IMG/VR virus record: IMGVR_UViG_3300049070_000183
Location: 1 to 34,904 of that record
Source of the DNA: a virus
Lineage: Duplodnaviria; Caudoviricetes
Reading direction: 5' to 3' (one strand)
Length of the DNA: 34,904 nucleotides
Notes under the pieces: generated by a model
Seen by the model: only the letters and a program-made list of their open reading frames with translations
Told to the model about the DNA's origin: nothing
Database searches by the model: none
Shown: in pieces, positions 7,971 to 17,288 of the stretch
Layout of the letters: every line of letters begins with the position of its first letter
How positions within the stretch are numbered: the first letter of the stretch is position 1
Program-made: the position numbers and the translations under genes

Positions 7971-8297
7971 TTATTTGACCTTGAAGAATTGCCAGAGGTT
8001 TTGATCTTCTTTTTCTCGGATTGTCCATTCGAGACATTGAAAGAAGTCTGTAAGAAAAGCGCCCTTACACCATCGCTTCCCCATCAGATGGAAAACCCAA
8101 TTAAGCAGGTCGTCTTTCGTCTTGCATCGGTCGAGGTCTACTTGGTAAGCGTTGTTGCCGGAGTAGACATGCAGCTTGATCACATTCAGGTCTGGATCGT
8201 ACTCGGCAACCCCAATTCGGCGCGTTTTTAACCATTCGTCCATTTTGGCGTCCGCAAGTGCCTCTAACTCATTCATTGTGTAGGCTTTAAACTCCAT
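7971..8297 (-). CDS. Hypothetical phage protein
   Basis: Start at ATG 8297 after AAGGAG; YQVDLDRC...LLNWVFHL..K.W. Confidence 0.7.
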   Translation of the reverse strand: MEFKAYTMNELEALADAKMDEWLKTRRIGVAEYDPDLNVIKLHVYSGNNAYQVDLDRCKTKDDLLNWVFHLMGKRWCKGAFLTDFFQCLEWTIREKEDQNLWQFFKVK

Positions 8298-8314
8298 TTT
8301 TACGTCTCCTTTTT

Positions 8315-8435
8315 GAAGTGGCTCACGCCATTTTTTTCGATTTTTTAAGATTCCCCGCAACTCCACGCATCTCAATGATTTACAGAAGTGGCTCAGTGGC
8401 TCATCCCTATATAGTAGAGAGCCACTGAGCCACTT
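8315..8435. other. Putative replication origin: GTGGCTC iterons in a 17-bp perfect inverted repeat
   Basis: AAGTGGCTCAGTGGCTC (8386-8402) / GAGCCACTGAGCCACTT (8419-8435) around CCTATATAG; fifth copy 8315-8325; T-rich tract; directly downstream of primase-helicase. Confidence 0.7.
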
Positions 8436-8441
8436 GGGATT

Positions 8442-10451
8442 TTAGGGTGGGGATGTGCGGGTGTTTTGGGCGTCGTTTTCGGGGGCGTCCTCTCCATCTT
8501 CCGCGTCCTGATCCGACAAATCCGCCCAGGCTGACTTGTAACGACCGTAACCAGTCTTGACCACAAGATCATCTTTGACCAGTTGGGTAAGCATTCGTTT
8601 GATGGTACTCCGGCCTGCCCCCGGTAATAATGTGCAAATATCTTTCAACTCCATCCCGTCAGGATCGGAGCTTCCCTCTAAAACCTGAATGATTGACTCT
8701 TCAAGTGGGGGCGGCGCCGGAGATATGCCGGGCTGATACTCTGAAAACCATCTTGTAATTTTATCGAGGGTGAGCGTTACCGGCTCAAAGCCTTCGCCCT
8801 TGTTTTTCGAGTTGACGACCTTGATTGTCTCCCGAACATTTTTATCAAGAGGGACAGCGGCAATCTGATAGCGGGATGCGTCCATCAATGCCGTCGCGCC
8901 TCTGCCTCGATATTGCATATCGCTCGCGCCGTCCTGCTGCTTCCCTCGCCCTTCGTGGTGGACAAGGAGCATGGAAATATCGCAATGCTTGACCAGACGG
9001 CGAATCGGCAAAACGACTTTCTGTTGAACTTCGGCGTTGCTGTTTTCGTCTCTGAGGTTTGATGCCTGAGAAAGAGTGTCAATGATTACAAGGTCTATGT
9101 TGTACTTCTTGACGAATGCCGCCAGATTCAAAAGTGAATCTTTATCCGTCAATCGCCAAGGTCGCCCGCCAATTTCCGGTTCTACTACTAAATAGAGATT
9201 CTGTCCGGCAAGCGCGTTTTCAGCGGGCGTTAAAGATTGCCTGATAATTCTGACATGTTTTTGTAGCTTGAACTCCGGGCCTTCAAAGTCTACGAATAGA
9301 ATCCTACGGGGCGGATTTCCAGTGGGAACAATCGAAGCAAACCCTCGGCCGGCCGCAAGGGAGACGCAAATATCAAGCAAGAGCGTCGTCTTACCCACGG
9401 ACCCAATTCCAACGACTAATCCCCACTCGCCCTTATACAAGCCTTGTAAGATCATCTCCGGCTGGCCAAAGACCATCAAATCAAAGTCGTCTGCGCACAT
9501 GGCGCCCATCAATGGCTCTTTCCCTGACTTAGGCGGGAATGGATTAGGTATTGTCTGATCTTGGTCAGGTTGTTCGTCAGGATCAGGGGCGCTGTCTAAA
9601 TCGGGCAAGATCAAATCCGGTCCATCTTCGATCTGAGTTTCGATCTGTTGAGCGGGGATGTATCGGCTTACGCTCCGGGCGATCTGCCTGACCTCTTTAT
9701 CTGCAAGAGGGGGAGAGCAACGCTGTAGATTGGTCGCTAGGAGCGTAGATTCGATCTCTGGCGGGCTGAATCCTTGCCGCCTTAGCTTCCCCCCTATCTT
9801 TGTCAGAAAGTCATTTCTAGAGCCTTCAGGCGCGAAATCGGCCATATCTGGCGCATAGCTCAAGATCAGATCCGGGTTGTCTGGCTCAGGCTGAAGTTTG
9901 GCCAATATCTCAGGCGGGAAATCAAGAATGGAGCTTTGATTGGCGAATGAATAAACGCGGCCTGAATGATGGACGGACGGCGGGGCGACGACATAACCGC
10001 CCCATCCCCTAATGTCAATTCCCTGTCCAAGTTTCCCCGCTGAATTTCTGATCTCTTGATCTGATCGAAACCACAGGTGGAAACCATTACCCGTTGTGAC
10101 CTCAAGCGTCACGGGCAAGCCTTTATCTTGCGATACGGCGCCTTTCTGTAGATCGAAATCAATCACGGTTAGGCCATTGCTGGCATGACCTGTGCATACG
10201 CCGATATTGGCCTTCGGATATTGCTTCCACCATGCTTTGACTTGATCGGGGTCATTGCTGGCGTCTTTCAGGCCGTGTTGGGTGACAGGGTGTTTAGCGG
10301 GAGAGGCGCAATCATCTCTCCCGCATGAGCATTTGTTTTTGGCGATCCAGTGAAGCGGGATTATTGAAAATCCCGCTTCGACATAGATCAACGCCGCTTC
10401 TTTCAATTTGATGTTCCCATTAAAAGGGAATCCATGCTGATTTGTCGGCAT
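8442..10451 (-). CDS. Primase-polymerase / PriCT / RecA-like AAA (RepA-type) helicase with C-terminal wHTH
   Basis: KHP..HGLKDAS, NIGVCTG, VIDFD, GNGFHLWF, GYVVAPPS (Prim-Pol); PEGSRND...PPL (PriCT-1); Walker A GIGSVGKT, Walker B LVIIDT, LVHH. Confidence 0.95.
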   Translation of the reverse strand: MPTNQHGFPFNGNIKLKEAALIYVEAGFSIIPLHWIAKNKCSCGRDDCASPAKHPVTQHGLKDASNDPDQVKAWWKQYPKANIGVCTGHASNGLTVIDFDLQKGAVSQDKGLPVTLEVTTGNGFHLWFRSDQEIRNSAGKLGQGIDIRGWGGYVVAPPSVHHSGRVYSFANQSSILDFPPEILAKLQPEPDNPDLILSYAPDMADFAPEGSRNDFLTKIGGKLRRQGFSPPEIESTLLATNLQRCSPPLADKEVRQIARSVSRYIPAQQIETQIEDGPDLILPDLDSAPDPDEQPDQDQTIPNPFPPKSGKEPLMGAMCADDFDLMVFGQPEMILQGLYKGEWGLVVGIGSVGKTTLLLDICVSLAAGRGFASIVPTGNPPRRILFVDFEGPEFKLQKHVRIIRQSLTPAENALAGQNLYLVVEPEIGGRPWRLTDKDSLLNLAAFVKKYNIDLVIIDTLSQASNLRDENSNAEVQQKVVLPIRRLVKHCDISMLLVHHEGRGKQQDGASDMQYRGRGATALMDASRYQIAAVPLDKNVRETIKVVNSKNKGEGFEPVTLTLDKITRWFSEYQPGISPAPPPLEESIIQVLEGSSDPDGMELKDICTLLPGAGRSTIKRMLTQLVKDDLVVKTGYGRYKSAWADLSDQDAEDGEDAPENDAQNTRTSPP

Positions 10452-11067
10452 TCGTAGCGCTCCCTGATGAGGTTGGAGTTTGTGTTGATTGGGCTATTCC
10501 GTTTTGGGCTTTCTCGCTCTTGGCTTTCTTCTTGTACGTCCGGCGCTGATAGGCCGCGAGGTCGGGAGTAGGCGCCGGAGTGATCGGGTTGCCGGAGTCG
10601 TCAACGTAAGGCTCAATATCGCTCACGTTGACAAACTTCCCATTCGGAATCAACGACAGCCAGCACGGAACGCCTTTCAGTTTCGCCAGATTGAAGCCTT
10701 TCAATTCTTCGTTTGTGAAAGGGCGGTCTTCAACTTTGCCGTTGACCATTTGGCCGCGCCAGCGTTCGAGTTTGAGCCGGAGAATCGCGGCAGGGGCAAG
10801 TGAAGCCGTGAATTTATTGTCGATCAGGAATGGCCGGCCTTCGCTGTCTCTCGATCCGTCTTCGGGAAAGACCTGAAAGACCAAGAAAACTTTCTGAACG
10901 TCTTTCTTGGTTGTAATCCCGGTCTGTTTGTCCGTGTATTCCGTTTCTTCTTCTCCGACCGGGACAATATCAATACAGACGGCGGGATGACGGTCACAAG
11001 GCGGCGTCTCCCAAAACTGTTCGTTGGAAAGGATGATGTTTTCATCGTTGGTATATTCAAGCGCCAT
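10420..11067 (-). CDS. Phage SSB-like (OB-fold) replication protein
   Basis: HPAVCIDIV...KFTASL...LERWRG...LKGVPCWL pattern; flexible tail ending IPF like SSB; upstream of primase. Confidence 0.7.
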   Translation of the reverse strand: MALEYTNDENIILSNEQFWETPPCDRHPAVCIDIVPVGEEETEYTDKQTGITTKKDVQKVFLVFQVFPEDGSRDSEGRPFLIDNKFTASLAPAAILRLKLERWRGQMVNGKVEDRPFTNEELKGFNLAKLKGVPCWLSLIPNGKFVNVSDIEPYVDDSGNPITPAPTPDLAAYQRRTYKKKAKSEKAQNGIAQSTQTPTSSGSATNADKSAWIPF

Positions 11068-11099
11068 AATCTAAAAACTCCTTTGATTGTTGTGATTGT

Positions 11100-11393
11100 T
11101 TAAAGTTCTGACGGGAATGGATTCTCTTGAAACTTGGCGACCTCGGCAGCCATCGCAGTTTCAAGGCAAAAGTTTTGATCTTTGGAAAGTTGAATGTCGG
11201 CGGCGGGATTGCCTTGATGGTAAAGCGACATCAGCTTGCTTATGGCTTCATAGATCATCGGGCCTAGAACGCTCAACGGCGATTCGTCTTGGCCTTCAGG
11301 CTCAAACTCCATCTGTGTTTCATAGCCTGTTAGATTTTGATCGTCTGAGATTTTTTCCGTCTTCTCTCTGATCGTGATTGTTAGCTTGGCCAT
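11100..11393 (-). CDS. Hypothetical acidic protein
   Basis: 97 aa; GGAGGA RBS. Confidence 0.65.
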   Translation of the reverse strand: MAKLTITIREKTEKISDDQNLTGYETQMEFEPEGQDESPLSVLGPMIYEAISKLMSLYHQGNPAADIQLSKDQNFCLETAMAAEVAKFQENPFPSEL

Positions 11394-11406
11394 GAGATTG
11401 GTCCTC

Positions 11407-11970
11407 CTACGCTGTTAAAAGTTTCGTGACTGTCTGTTGAAGATTGGCGATGTCAGCAACCGACTGACTGACTGATACGCCTCCTGTGGCCATTGCAAGT
11501 TTGCGAAGAAACTCACGGCCAGGGCTGCTTTCTGGTCCAACAAATATGCAGTCTATTTTTGATTTGAATTGAGAAGCCAGCTTCAGGGCCTTGTCTTCGT
11601 CGTCTGGCTCTCCGTCTGAAATCAAGATCAGTTTGATTGACGTGTTATCAGCCGGCTTGACGAATTTGAGAACTCCCGCCATGTCAGTCCCGCCACATGG
11701 GCTTGTCGGGATTCCTCCGGCGCAAAAGCGGGCATAGTCATTCCAACTAATCACGCCGATCTTTCCGGGCAAGTCCCTCTGAAGCCTTATCAATTGCTCG
11801 CAGGCCAGATCGTAGCGAGAGCGATTATTCTGGCAGTCGGTCATCACCATTGAGCCGCTTGTGTCAACCATCACAAGAGCGTCAACAGATAAGAAGGTGT
11901 GAGCAACGCCCTTGCCCGACCTCTGGGCAACATCTTGAAGAGAGCCGTAAACAAGTTGGGTGTCAGACAT
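11407..11970 (-). CDS. Stand-alone von Willebrand factor A (vWA) domain protein
   Basis: MIDAS DTSGS, GGTDM, LISDGEP, FLRKLA..TGG. Confidence 0.9.
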   Translation of the reverse strand: MSDTQLVYGSLQDVAQRSGKGVAHTFLSVDALVMVDTSGSMVMTDCQNNRSRYDLACEQLIRLQRDLPGKIGVISWNDYARFCAGGIPTSPCGGTDMAGVLKFVKPADNTSIKLILISDGEPDDEDKALKLASQFKSKIDCIFVGPESSPGREFLRKLAMATGGVSVSQSVADIANLQQTVTKLLTA

Positions 11971-12316
11971 GATCGACCTCCCCTTCTGAAGTCTTCAGCC
12001 ATGCGGCTATCTGTTCAACGGGCATGCCATTCAGGTGGTTAAATTCGATTTCAAGGACAAGCTCGGGAGCGATTCCAAGCAAGTCGCCAAAGATGTCGTA
12101 TGTGGTCCCGCTTGTTTCTGCTTGATCTTTGTGACGGTAGATTCTTTCGGCTTCCCTGACATCCCCGTCGAGCTTGCCAATTAGGGCGCAGCCTATCGCG
12201 CATGCTTTGCAAATCGGGCGCTTCTCAGAGACAGAGACATAAGCCATTTTGTCTTCTCGCACATTGGGCGTATAAAGCCCTTTCAACATCGCGTCTGCTA
12301 GTTCGTGTCTGGTCAT
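11963..12316 (-). CDS. Hypothetical phage protein
   Basis: ACAIGCA...N...GM..EQIAAWL pattern. Confidence 0.7.
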   Translation of the reverse strand: MTRHELADAMLKGLYTPNVREDKMAYVSVSEKRPICKACAIGCALIGKLDGDVREAERIYRHKDQAETSGTTYDIFGDLLGIAPELVLEIEFNHLNGMPVEQIAAWLKTSEGEVDHV

Positions 12317-12576
12317 GATTTCTTGGCCTCCTTTTTGTCAGGAACGAACAATCGGGCCTGACAGAGCAAACCAAATAAGCCGTTGTTGATGACGTTCAAA
12401 ACATGCGGTTCGTCGCCCTTCAACCCTCTCTCTTTTACCGCGCTATTCACCTTTGCTTGAAACGTTCGCAATAAGCTCACGCACGATTCATTGACCTCTT
12501 TATCGGTCAATCTTCGCGGCTTGCTCGATGTGTCTATTCCTGATGTTTCGATTGCCTTCTTTTCTTCTAAGTCCAT
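12313..12576 (-). CDS. Hypothetical protein
   Basis: 87 aa; AGGGGA RBS; coupled. Confidence 0.65.
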   Translation of the reverse strand: MDLEEKKAIETSGIDTSSKPRRLTDKEVNESCVSLLRTFQAKVNSAVKERGLKGDEPHVLNVINNGLFGLLCQARLFVPDKKEAKKS

Positions 12577-12588
12577 GTGATCCCCTTT

Positions 12589-13506
12589 CTAAACCCAAAG
12601 AATTTGAAAAGTATCCGCTCCGGTCGGCCACTGTGAAACCATCGTTTTGCCGTCTCGATTCGTAATGTCATCCCACTTGAGGATTTCTCGAACGACAAAA
12701 CGCATGAGCCTGACCGTTCCCTTTGCTGTGATCTCGCCACAGCGCAGAGGGGCGCGATAGCCAACCTGATAGCCGACGCGAGGGCGACCCATGATTTTTG
12801 TCGCCCATCCCTTGTCTTGGCCTTCACGCTCGAAATACAACCCCGCGTCATAGCGCCTCTTCTGTTCGGGATCGTTCAAGACTTTGTAGGCGCTGTTGAT
12901 CTTGATGAACATCTCTTGCGCGTCCGGTTCTTTGCACACGTCGGGATGCCATTGTAGGGAGAGACGGCGATAGGCTTTCTTGATCTCTTCCGGCGTGGCC
13001 TTCTCGAAAATGCACAGGACTTGATAAAGAGTCTGAAGACCATTGAGCGGCTGGCCTAATTCCCTCTTCTCAAAAAACGACAGCAAGACCTCTTCGGGAA
13101 ACTCGCTTGCCCATTGACCGTTGACTGAACCGTAAGCGGATTTGGTTTTGCCTCTGTCTTTTGTCGCGCCCAGGTATTCAAGAATAAAAGTCTTCTCTGT
13201 GACCTCCGGCGCCTGTGGCTTTTCGATTGGCAAATCGAGAGGGTAGCCAGTGTGCAGTCGGATAACATTGATAGCCATGCCGATCTCATCAGGAGAGATA
13301 AGCCAGACCTTTTGAGCTTTATGCCACGTAATCTCCGATGGCGGGATGGCTTTTTTGAGAGCGTCTTTCAATTTTTCATCCCACCCAAACCTGACGGCAT
13401 AATCAGCCCCGGCGACAGAGATAGACACAGTGGGATGGGCTTTTGGTCTGTTCTCAATGTTGTATTGCTCTCTCTTTTGAGCAATGAGTTTTGCGAAGTC
13501 AACCAT
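12589..13506 (-). CDS. J-domain (DnaJ-like) protein with N-terminal HARP-like domain
   Basis: LYQVL...ATPEEIKKAYRRLSLQWHPD...FIKINSAYKVL.DPEQKRRYD with intact HPD; N-terminal VRFGWDEKLKDALK..IP...WHKAQKVW; start moved to ATG 13506 after GGAGG. Confidence 0.88.
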   Translation of the reverse strand: MVDFAKLIAQKREQYNIENRPKAHPTVSISVAGADYAVRFGWDEKLKDALKKAIPPSEITWHKAQKVWLISPDEIGMAINVIRLHTGYPLDLPIEKPQAPEVTEKTFILEYLGATKDRGKTKSAYGSVNGQWASEFPEEVLLSFFEKRELGQPLNGLQTLYQVLCIFEKATPEEIKKAYRRLSLQWHPDVCKEPDAQEMFIKINSAYKVLNDPEQKRRYDAGLYFEREGQDKGWATKIMGRPRVGYQVGYRAPLRCGEITAKGTVRLMRFVVREILKWDDITNRDGKTMVSQWPTGADTFQILWV

Positions 13507-13729
13507 ATGAATCCTCCTTCCTGATTCCGGCCTCTTTAACAAACGCGGCAATGGCCTCATTGATATCGGTTGTAGAAATGACCAGCACGGCGACTGAGCG
13601 TTTTTTCTTGGCTGAGTAGACATTCCACATATAGCCAACTCGACACATCCACAGATAGCCGACATGCCCAATGGTGATGCGAACGGTTGGATATTTCAGC
13701 AAGTCAATCAGGTCGAAAGGTTCAGCCAT
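13499..13729 (-). CDS. Hypothetical protein
   Basis: Start at ATG 13729 after GGAGGGG. Confidence 0.6.
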   Translation of the reverse strand: MAEPFDLIDLLKYPTVRITIGHVGYLWMCRVGYMWNVYSAKKKRSVAVLVISTTDINEAIAAFVKEAGIRKEDSYG

Positions 13730-14150
13730 CTTGCCCCTCCTTTTCTCTGCCCGCTTTGGTAAGGGCCTCATTCAACATTGCGCAAACTTCATCGGGGTCT
13801 ACACTGGCGCTGTTGGACTCCCAAACAAGCAAGGCGTTTTCGCAGGCATCGTACAAATCGCTTGCCGCTTCCATCTTTCGATACTCAGCCGTTGGCTTAT
13901 GCGAGACGATGAACTGTGAAGCCTTCTCTTGAAGCATCAAGACCAACAGTTGACAGAATGTCCCGCCAGGGAGAGACATCAAGGCTTGAAACAATTTCTC
14001 AGCGTCTTCTTTGAAGCCTTGCCGCAATTGCTCGGTCCCCTCGCTTCCGGTCGTATACGGAAAGCATCCATTGATGGTGATATAGACTCGCTCCGGTTCT
14101 TGTTCCCTTGTGTGAGGCTGCGCGGCTCTGACCGTGATGTGTTTAGCCAT
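13722..14150 (-). CDS. Hypothetical phage protein
   Basis: Start at ATG 14150; C-terminal AASDLYDAC...ALTKA motif. Confidence 0.65.
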   Translation of the reverse strand: MAKHITVRAAQPHTREQEPERVYITINGCFPYTTGSEGTEQLRQGFKEDAEKLFQALMSLPGGTFCQLLVLMLQEKASQFIVSHKPTAEYRKMEAASDLYDACENALLVWESNSASVDPDEVCAMLNEALTKAGREKEGQDG

Positions 14151-14368
14151 TATTTGACGACCTCCCCATCGTTGTTGATTTCTCCGGGCAACCATCCCCC
14201 AGGAGCGTTATATCTGGCCTGAAGCTCTTTCCAGATTTCAGGCCAAGCATGTTTCAGTCTTGCGAGATTGAGTGAATCGGCCTTGCGCATTGCGGTCATG
14301 ATGATTGCTGTAAACGTCGGGTCTTTCTCGACCATCACTTGAGAAAGCAGATAATCAAATCTAGCCAT
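14150..14368 (-). CDS. Conserved small phage protein
   Basis: F.AII..AMRKADS.NLARLK.AWPEIW.ELQARYNAPGG. Confidence 0.75.
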   Translation of the reverse strand: MARFDYLLSQVMVEKDPTFTAIIMTAMRKADSLNLARLKHAWPEIWKELQARYNAPGGWLPGEINNDGEVVK

Positions 14369-15305
14369 TGATCACACTCCCTTCTACAACTTGGTTGTAA
14401 GTTTTGAGCCAGTGGGTGAAGGCTTTCAAAGCCTCTTCGACTTGCGGCAAGCTCAGGTCTTTGAGCGATTGAGAGCCGCCAGGGAGACGGCTTTTCATCG
14501 TCTCGCTATCAACGCCCTTTGCGGCCAATTCTCCACAGATGTTGAACAGTTCTAAGCGGCGTTCGAGATTGGCGATGAAGTATCTGGCTTCTCCTTCGTT
14601 CAAGTCTTTGCGAGAAGCCACGCCAGCCGGAAGCCATGATTTGATGATGTCATCGGTCATGCCTTTAGCCTGATGATTCTTGCAGAGATTGATAATCTCC
14701 ATCGCCAAAGCTCGCCCGCATTTCCATTGGTCAATGCCCAAAGATCTGTGAGATAGATTCAAAGCCTCTTGCTCAGTCATAATGGCGTCGTCTTCAGGAG
14801 AAGCTATTGGTTGGGCATTGGGAATTGAATCAATCTCTGATTCATCGAGAAAGCCCAAGCCGCAAATAGACAGCGTGACTCTGCGTTTGGCTTTGGTGAT
14901 GGCTTTCATCTGGGCATTGGCCAGCGTGTCGCCCATCTTGCCCTTGATATAAACAATCCCCTCGTCAATATCCTCTCGACCGTCCGGCGTGCGGGCGTAG
15001 GCCGTGACGATCAGACAACCCTCTTCGATTGTGTTTTCGATCTTCCAAATTGAAATGCCGTTGATCTTGCGTAATTGCTCTGTGGCGTCTTTCCGGGCGT
15101 AGAGCTTGACAATCTCTTTTCCGTCTTCTTTGAGCTTGATGAAATCGAAAGGCTTTGTCAGGGGGTTCAGGCCGAGGCTGTTGCACACGGCGTTGTAATA
15201 AGACACTCTCTGTTCTGGCGACAGTTCGGCCAAGTCGCCTTTCGTAATCACCTGTTCAAGTATTTTGTTTTTGTCGGTCTTCTGAATTGCTTGTGACTGG
15301 CTCAT
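14361..15305 (-). CDS. Single-strand annealing recombinase (RecT/Bet-like)
   Basis: GDL..LSPEQRVSYY..VC.SLGLNPLTKPF...MKAITKAKRR..LSICGLGFLDESEI. Confidence 0.8.
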   Translation of the reverse strand: MSQSQAIQKTDKNKILEQVITKGDLAELSPEQRVSYYNAVCNSLGLNPLTKPFDFIKLKEDGKEIVKLYARKDATEQLRKINGISIWKIENTIEEGCLIVTAYARTPDGREDIDEGIVYIKGKMGDTLANAQMKAITKAKRRVTLSICGLGFLDESEIDSIPNAQPIASPEDDAIMTEQEALNLSHRSLGIDQWKCGRALAMEIINLCKNHQAKGMTDDIIKSWLPAGVASRKDLNEGEARYFIANLERRLELFNICGELAAKGVDSETMKSRLPGGSQSLKDLSLPQVEEALKAFTHWLKTYNQVVEGSVING

Positions 15306-15354
15306 TTTTGAAATCTCCTTTCCGGTTGGCTAAAATATTGGCGATTGGTTTTCG

Positions 15355-15573
15355 TTATTTGGTGTTGAAGGCTTCGGTGAGCAATCGCCGGAGCCTTTTT
15401 GTTTTCTCCCTGATCAGATTTGTACTGATCTTTTGCCATGTCCTTTTTCGAGGGATGCGGGGGAGAATGCGCGTTCTATAAATGTCGCATTTGATTTGAT
15501 TGCCGCCTAACGTGGCGATCCGGTGTGTTGATAGGTCTACTGTCGGGGCGCTTGATATGTCGTAATAGTTCAT
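15355..15573 (-). CDS. Hypothetical basic protein
   Basis: Start at ATG 15573 after GGAG. Confidence 0.5.
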   Translation of the reverse strand: MNYYDISSAPTVDLSTHRIATLGGNQIKCDIYRTRILPRIPRKRTWQKISTNLIREKTKRLRRLLTEAFNTK

Positions 15574-15649
15574 GGGTGTGTCTCCGGTGAGTTGAGATTG
15601 TTGATTGATTGGCCGTGATCGTTGAGTGATCACGGCCAAGGATTCCACT

Positions 15650-15847
15650 TCAGGTTGCTTGCGCTTCTTCTTTGGCCAACTGTTGGATTGTTTCTTCGCT
15701 TGGAGCGGCCTTCTTCGCGGCTTCGATGAACAAACAGACCTCATTCAAATGGCCTAAATACTCGCGCTGTTTAGGCTTCGACAAAGCCTTGAACATTTGA
15801 TCAACAGCTTGTTCCGCGTTCTCCGCTGCTTCTTTCGTGAAGTCCAT
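15650..15847 (-). CDS. Hypothetical protein
   Basis: 65 aa; AAGGGA RBS. Confidence 0.6.
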   Translation of the reverse strand: MDFTKEAAENAEQAVDQMFKALSKPKQREYLGHLNEVCLFIEAAKKAAPSEETIQQLAKEEAQAT

Positions 15848-16039
15848 GATTTATTCCCTTCTGTTGTTGATTGAATAATTCCCGCCGTGACGAAGGATCA
15901 CTCCGATTTGCCTTTCTTGATTACAGTGCTCAAGACCAGTTTGTAAGAACAACACGGCGGGATTCCCGATAAGGATTCAAAGATAGTGCGCCCCGTTTAC
16001 TTCCCTCTCCGATGGACGCAAGACCGGAGAGGGAGAGCT

Positions 16040-16321
16040 TTAGGTTTTCTTGACCGTCAATTCTCCGGGCTTCTGTCCAAGCGCATGGCGCGCTCGACTC
16101 TGCGCCCAGTCTCTAAAATCTTCAGCGACCGGAATGTTGCGGCGCTTCGCATTGGCGATATAGCCAAGCTCGCTGCGAAGTCGCTCGACTTCCATTTCGA
16201 GCGTGACTATCCGGTGATTCTTTTCGTTGATCATTTCGTTTTTGATATTTATCGCCTGCTCCAATCTCTCTTCAGTCATCATTGAGAAATCCTCCATCCT
16301 ATGAAAACCACTATCGCCCAT
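16040..16321 (-). CDS. Hypothetical coiled-coil protein (true start probably ~16283)
   Basis: GGAGG precedes the MMTEE codons. Confidence 0.6.
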   Translation of the reverse strand: MGDSGFHRMEDFSMMTEERLEQAINIKNEMINEKNHRIVTLEMEVERLRSELGYIANAKRRNIPVAEDFRDWAQSRARHALGQKPGELTVKKT

Positions 16322-16372
16322 ATGAGCGCGCCTATGACTGTACTGATAGCGATTGCTCGCCAGACTTTGAAA

Positions 16373-16753
16373 TCATTGGTCATTTGTAGCGACCTCTCTT
16401 TTCTCTCCTAAAATCTCCAAAGCGTAGTTAGGGCCGATAGATGTAATCCAAAGCAGATTGCCGTCTTTGTCATGGGTAAATCGCCAGTTCTCAGGATTGC
16501 CGTAAAAGGCCAGGGCTTTGCGAAGTCTCGCTTGTTCTTTGACCGCAGTTCTTACCAGCGCGTCATGCTTCACGCATTCAATTCCGTCGCATTCAGTGAT
16601 GATCTCGCGCAGGCGTTCGATTTCTTTTTCGGCCTTCTCTGCGCGTTCGACAGCTTCAGTGATTTTGGCGTTGGCGTTGTCCCATTTATCTATCGTGTCT
16701 GACATCTTATTGAGAATCTTTCGGCGTTTGGCTCTACTGAATTGATCGCTCAT
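16373..16753 (-). CDS. Hypothetical coiled-coil phage protein
   Basis: LRKALAFYGNPENW motif; GGAGG RBS. Confidence 0.7.
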   Translation of the reverse strand: MSDQFSRAKRRKILNKMSDTIDKWDNANAKITEAVERAEKAEKEIERLREIITECDGIECVKHDALVRTAVKEQARLRKALAFYGNPENWRFTHDKDGNLLWITSIGPNYALEILGEKREVATNDQ

Positions 16754-17058
16754 TTGTACCGGCCTCCATTGATGATTGTTTTCATGGTGTCTTGAATCGC
16801 TCTCCGTCTTCGGCGTCTCTCTGATAACAAATCAATCACGGCCATCTCTTGATGGGCCTTGCTCTCTTCGGCCTCTCTGACTTTGCGTTCCATCCATCGT
16901 TGTACGGCATTGAAGGAAAAGACCACGCGACCACCTAACTTGATTCGCGGGATGTCTCTTGTCCCACACTCGCCATTGCGGATTGTTTTGGCTTTCAGAC
17001 CGATCAATTCAGCGACCTCGGCAAACGATAGAAAGCGGTCAGGCTGTTTAGAGGGCAT
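16750..17058 (-). CDS. AlpA/excisionase-like HTH protein
   Basis: FLSFAEVAELIGLKAKTIRN...IPRIKLGGRVVF....VQRWM; start at ATG 17058. Confidence 0.85.
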   Translation of the reverse strand: MPSKQPDRFLSFAEVAELIGLKAKTIRNGECGTRDIPRIKLGGRVVFSFNAVQRWMERKVREAEESKAHQEMAVIDLLSERRRRRRAIQDTMKTIINGGRYK

Positions 17059-17060
17059 CG

Positions 17061-17288
17061 CTATTGCTCCTGTGCTGTTTTTTGCTTCTCCACGCCGCAC
17101 CAATCCTTCACGGTATTAAAGGCAATCCCAGCTACAACGGTTGTGTAACTGACATGGGTGTACATCGTGTAAGTGATTTGGCCTCGGTCCTTGCTGTTGA
17201 TATATGTGATTCTGATCAGACCTTTGCGCCCGCATTTAGGGCAAACTTGAATCATTTTTGATTTTCGCTGATTGGTGTAATCGGGCAT
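17061..17288 (-). CDS. Small Zn-ribbon protein
   Basis: CPKCGRKG...H...C; start at ATG 17288 after AGGAG. Confidence 0.65.
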   Translation of the reverse strand: MPDYTNQRKSKMIQVCPKCGRKGLIRITYINSKDRGQITYTMYTHVSYTTVVAGIAFNTVKDWCGVEKQKTAQEQ

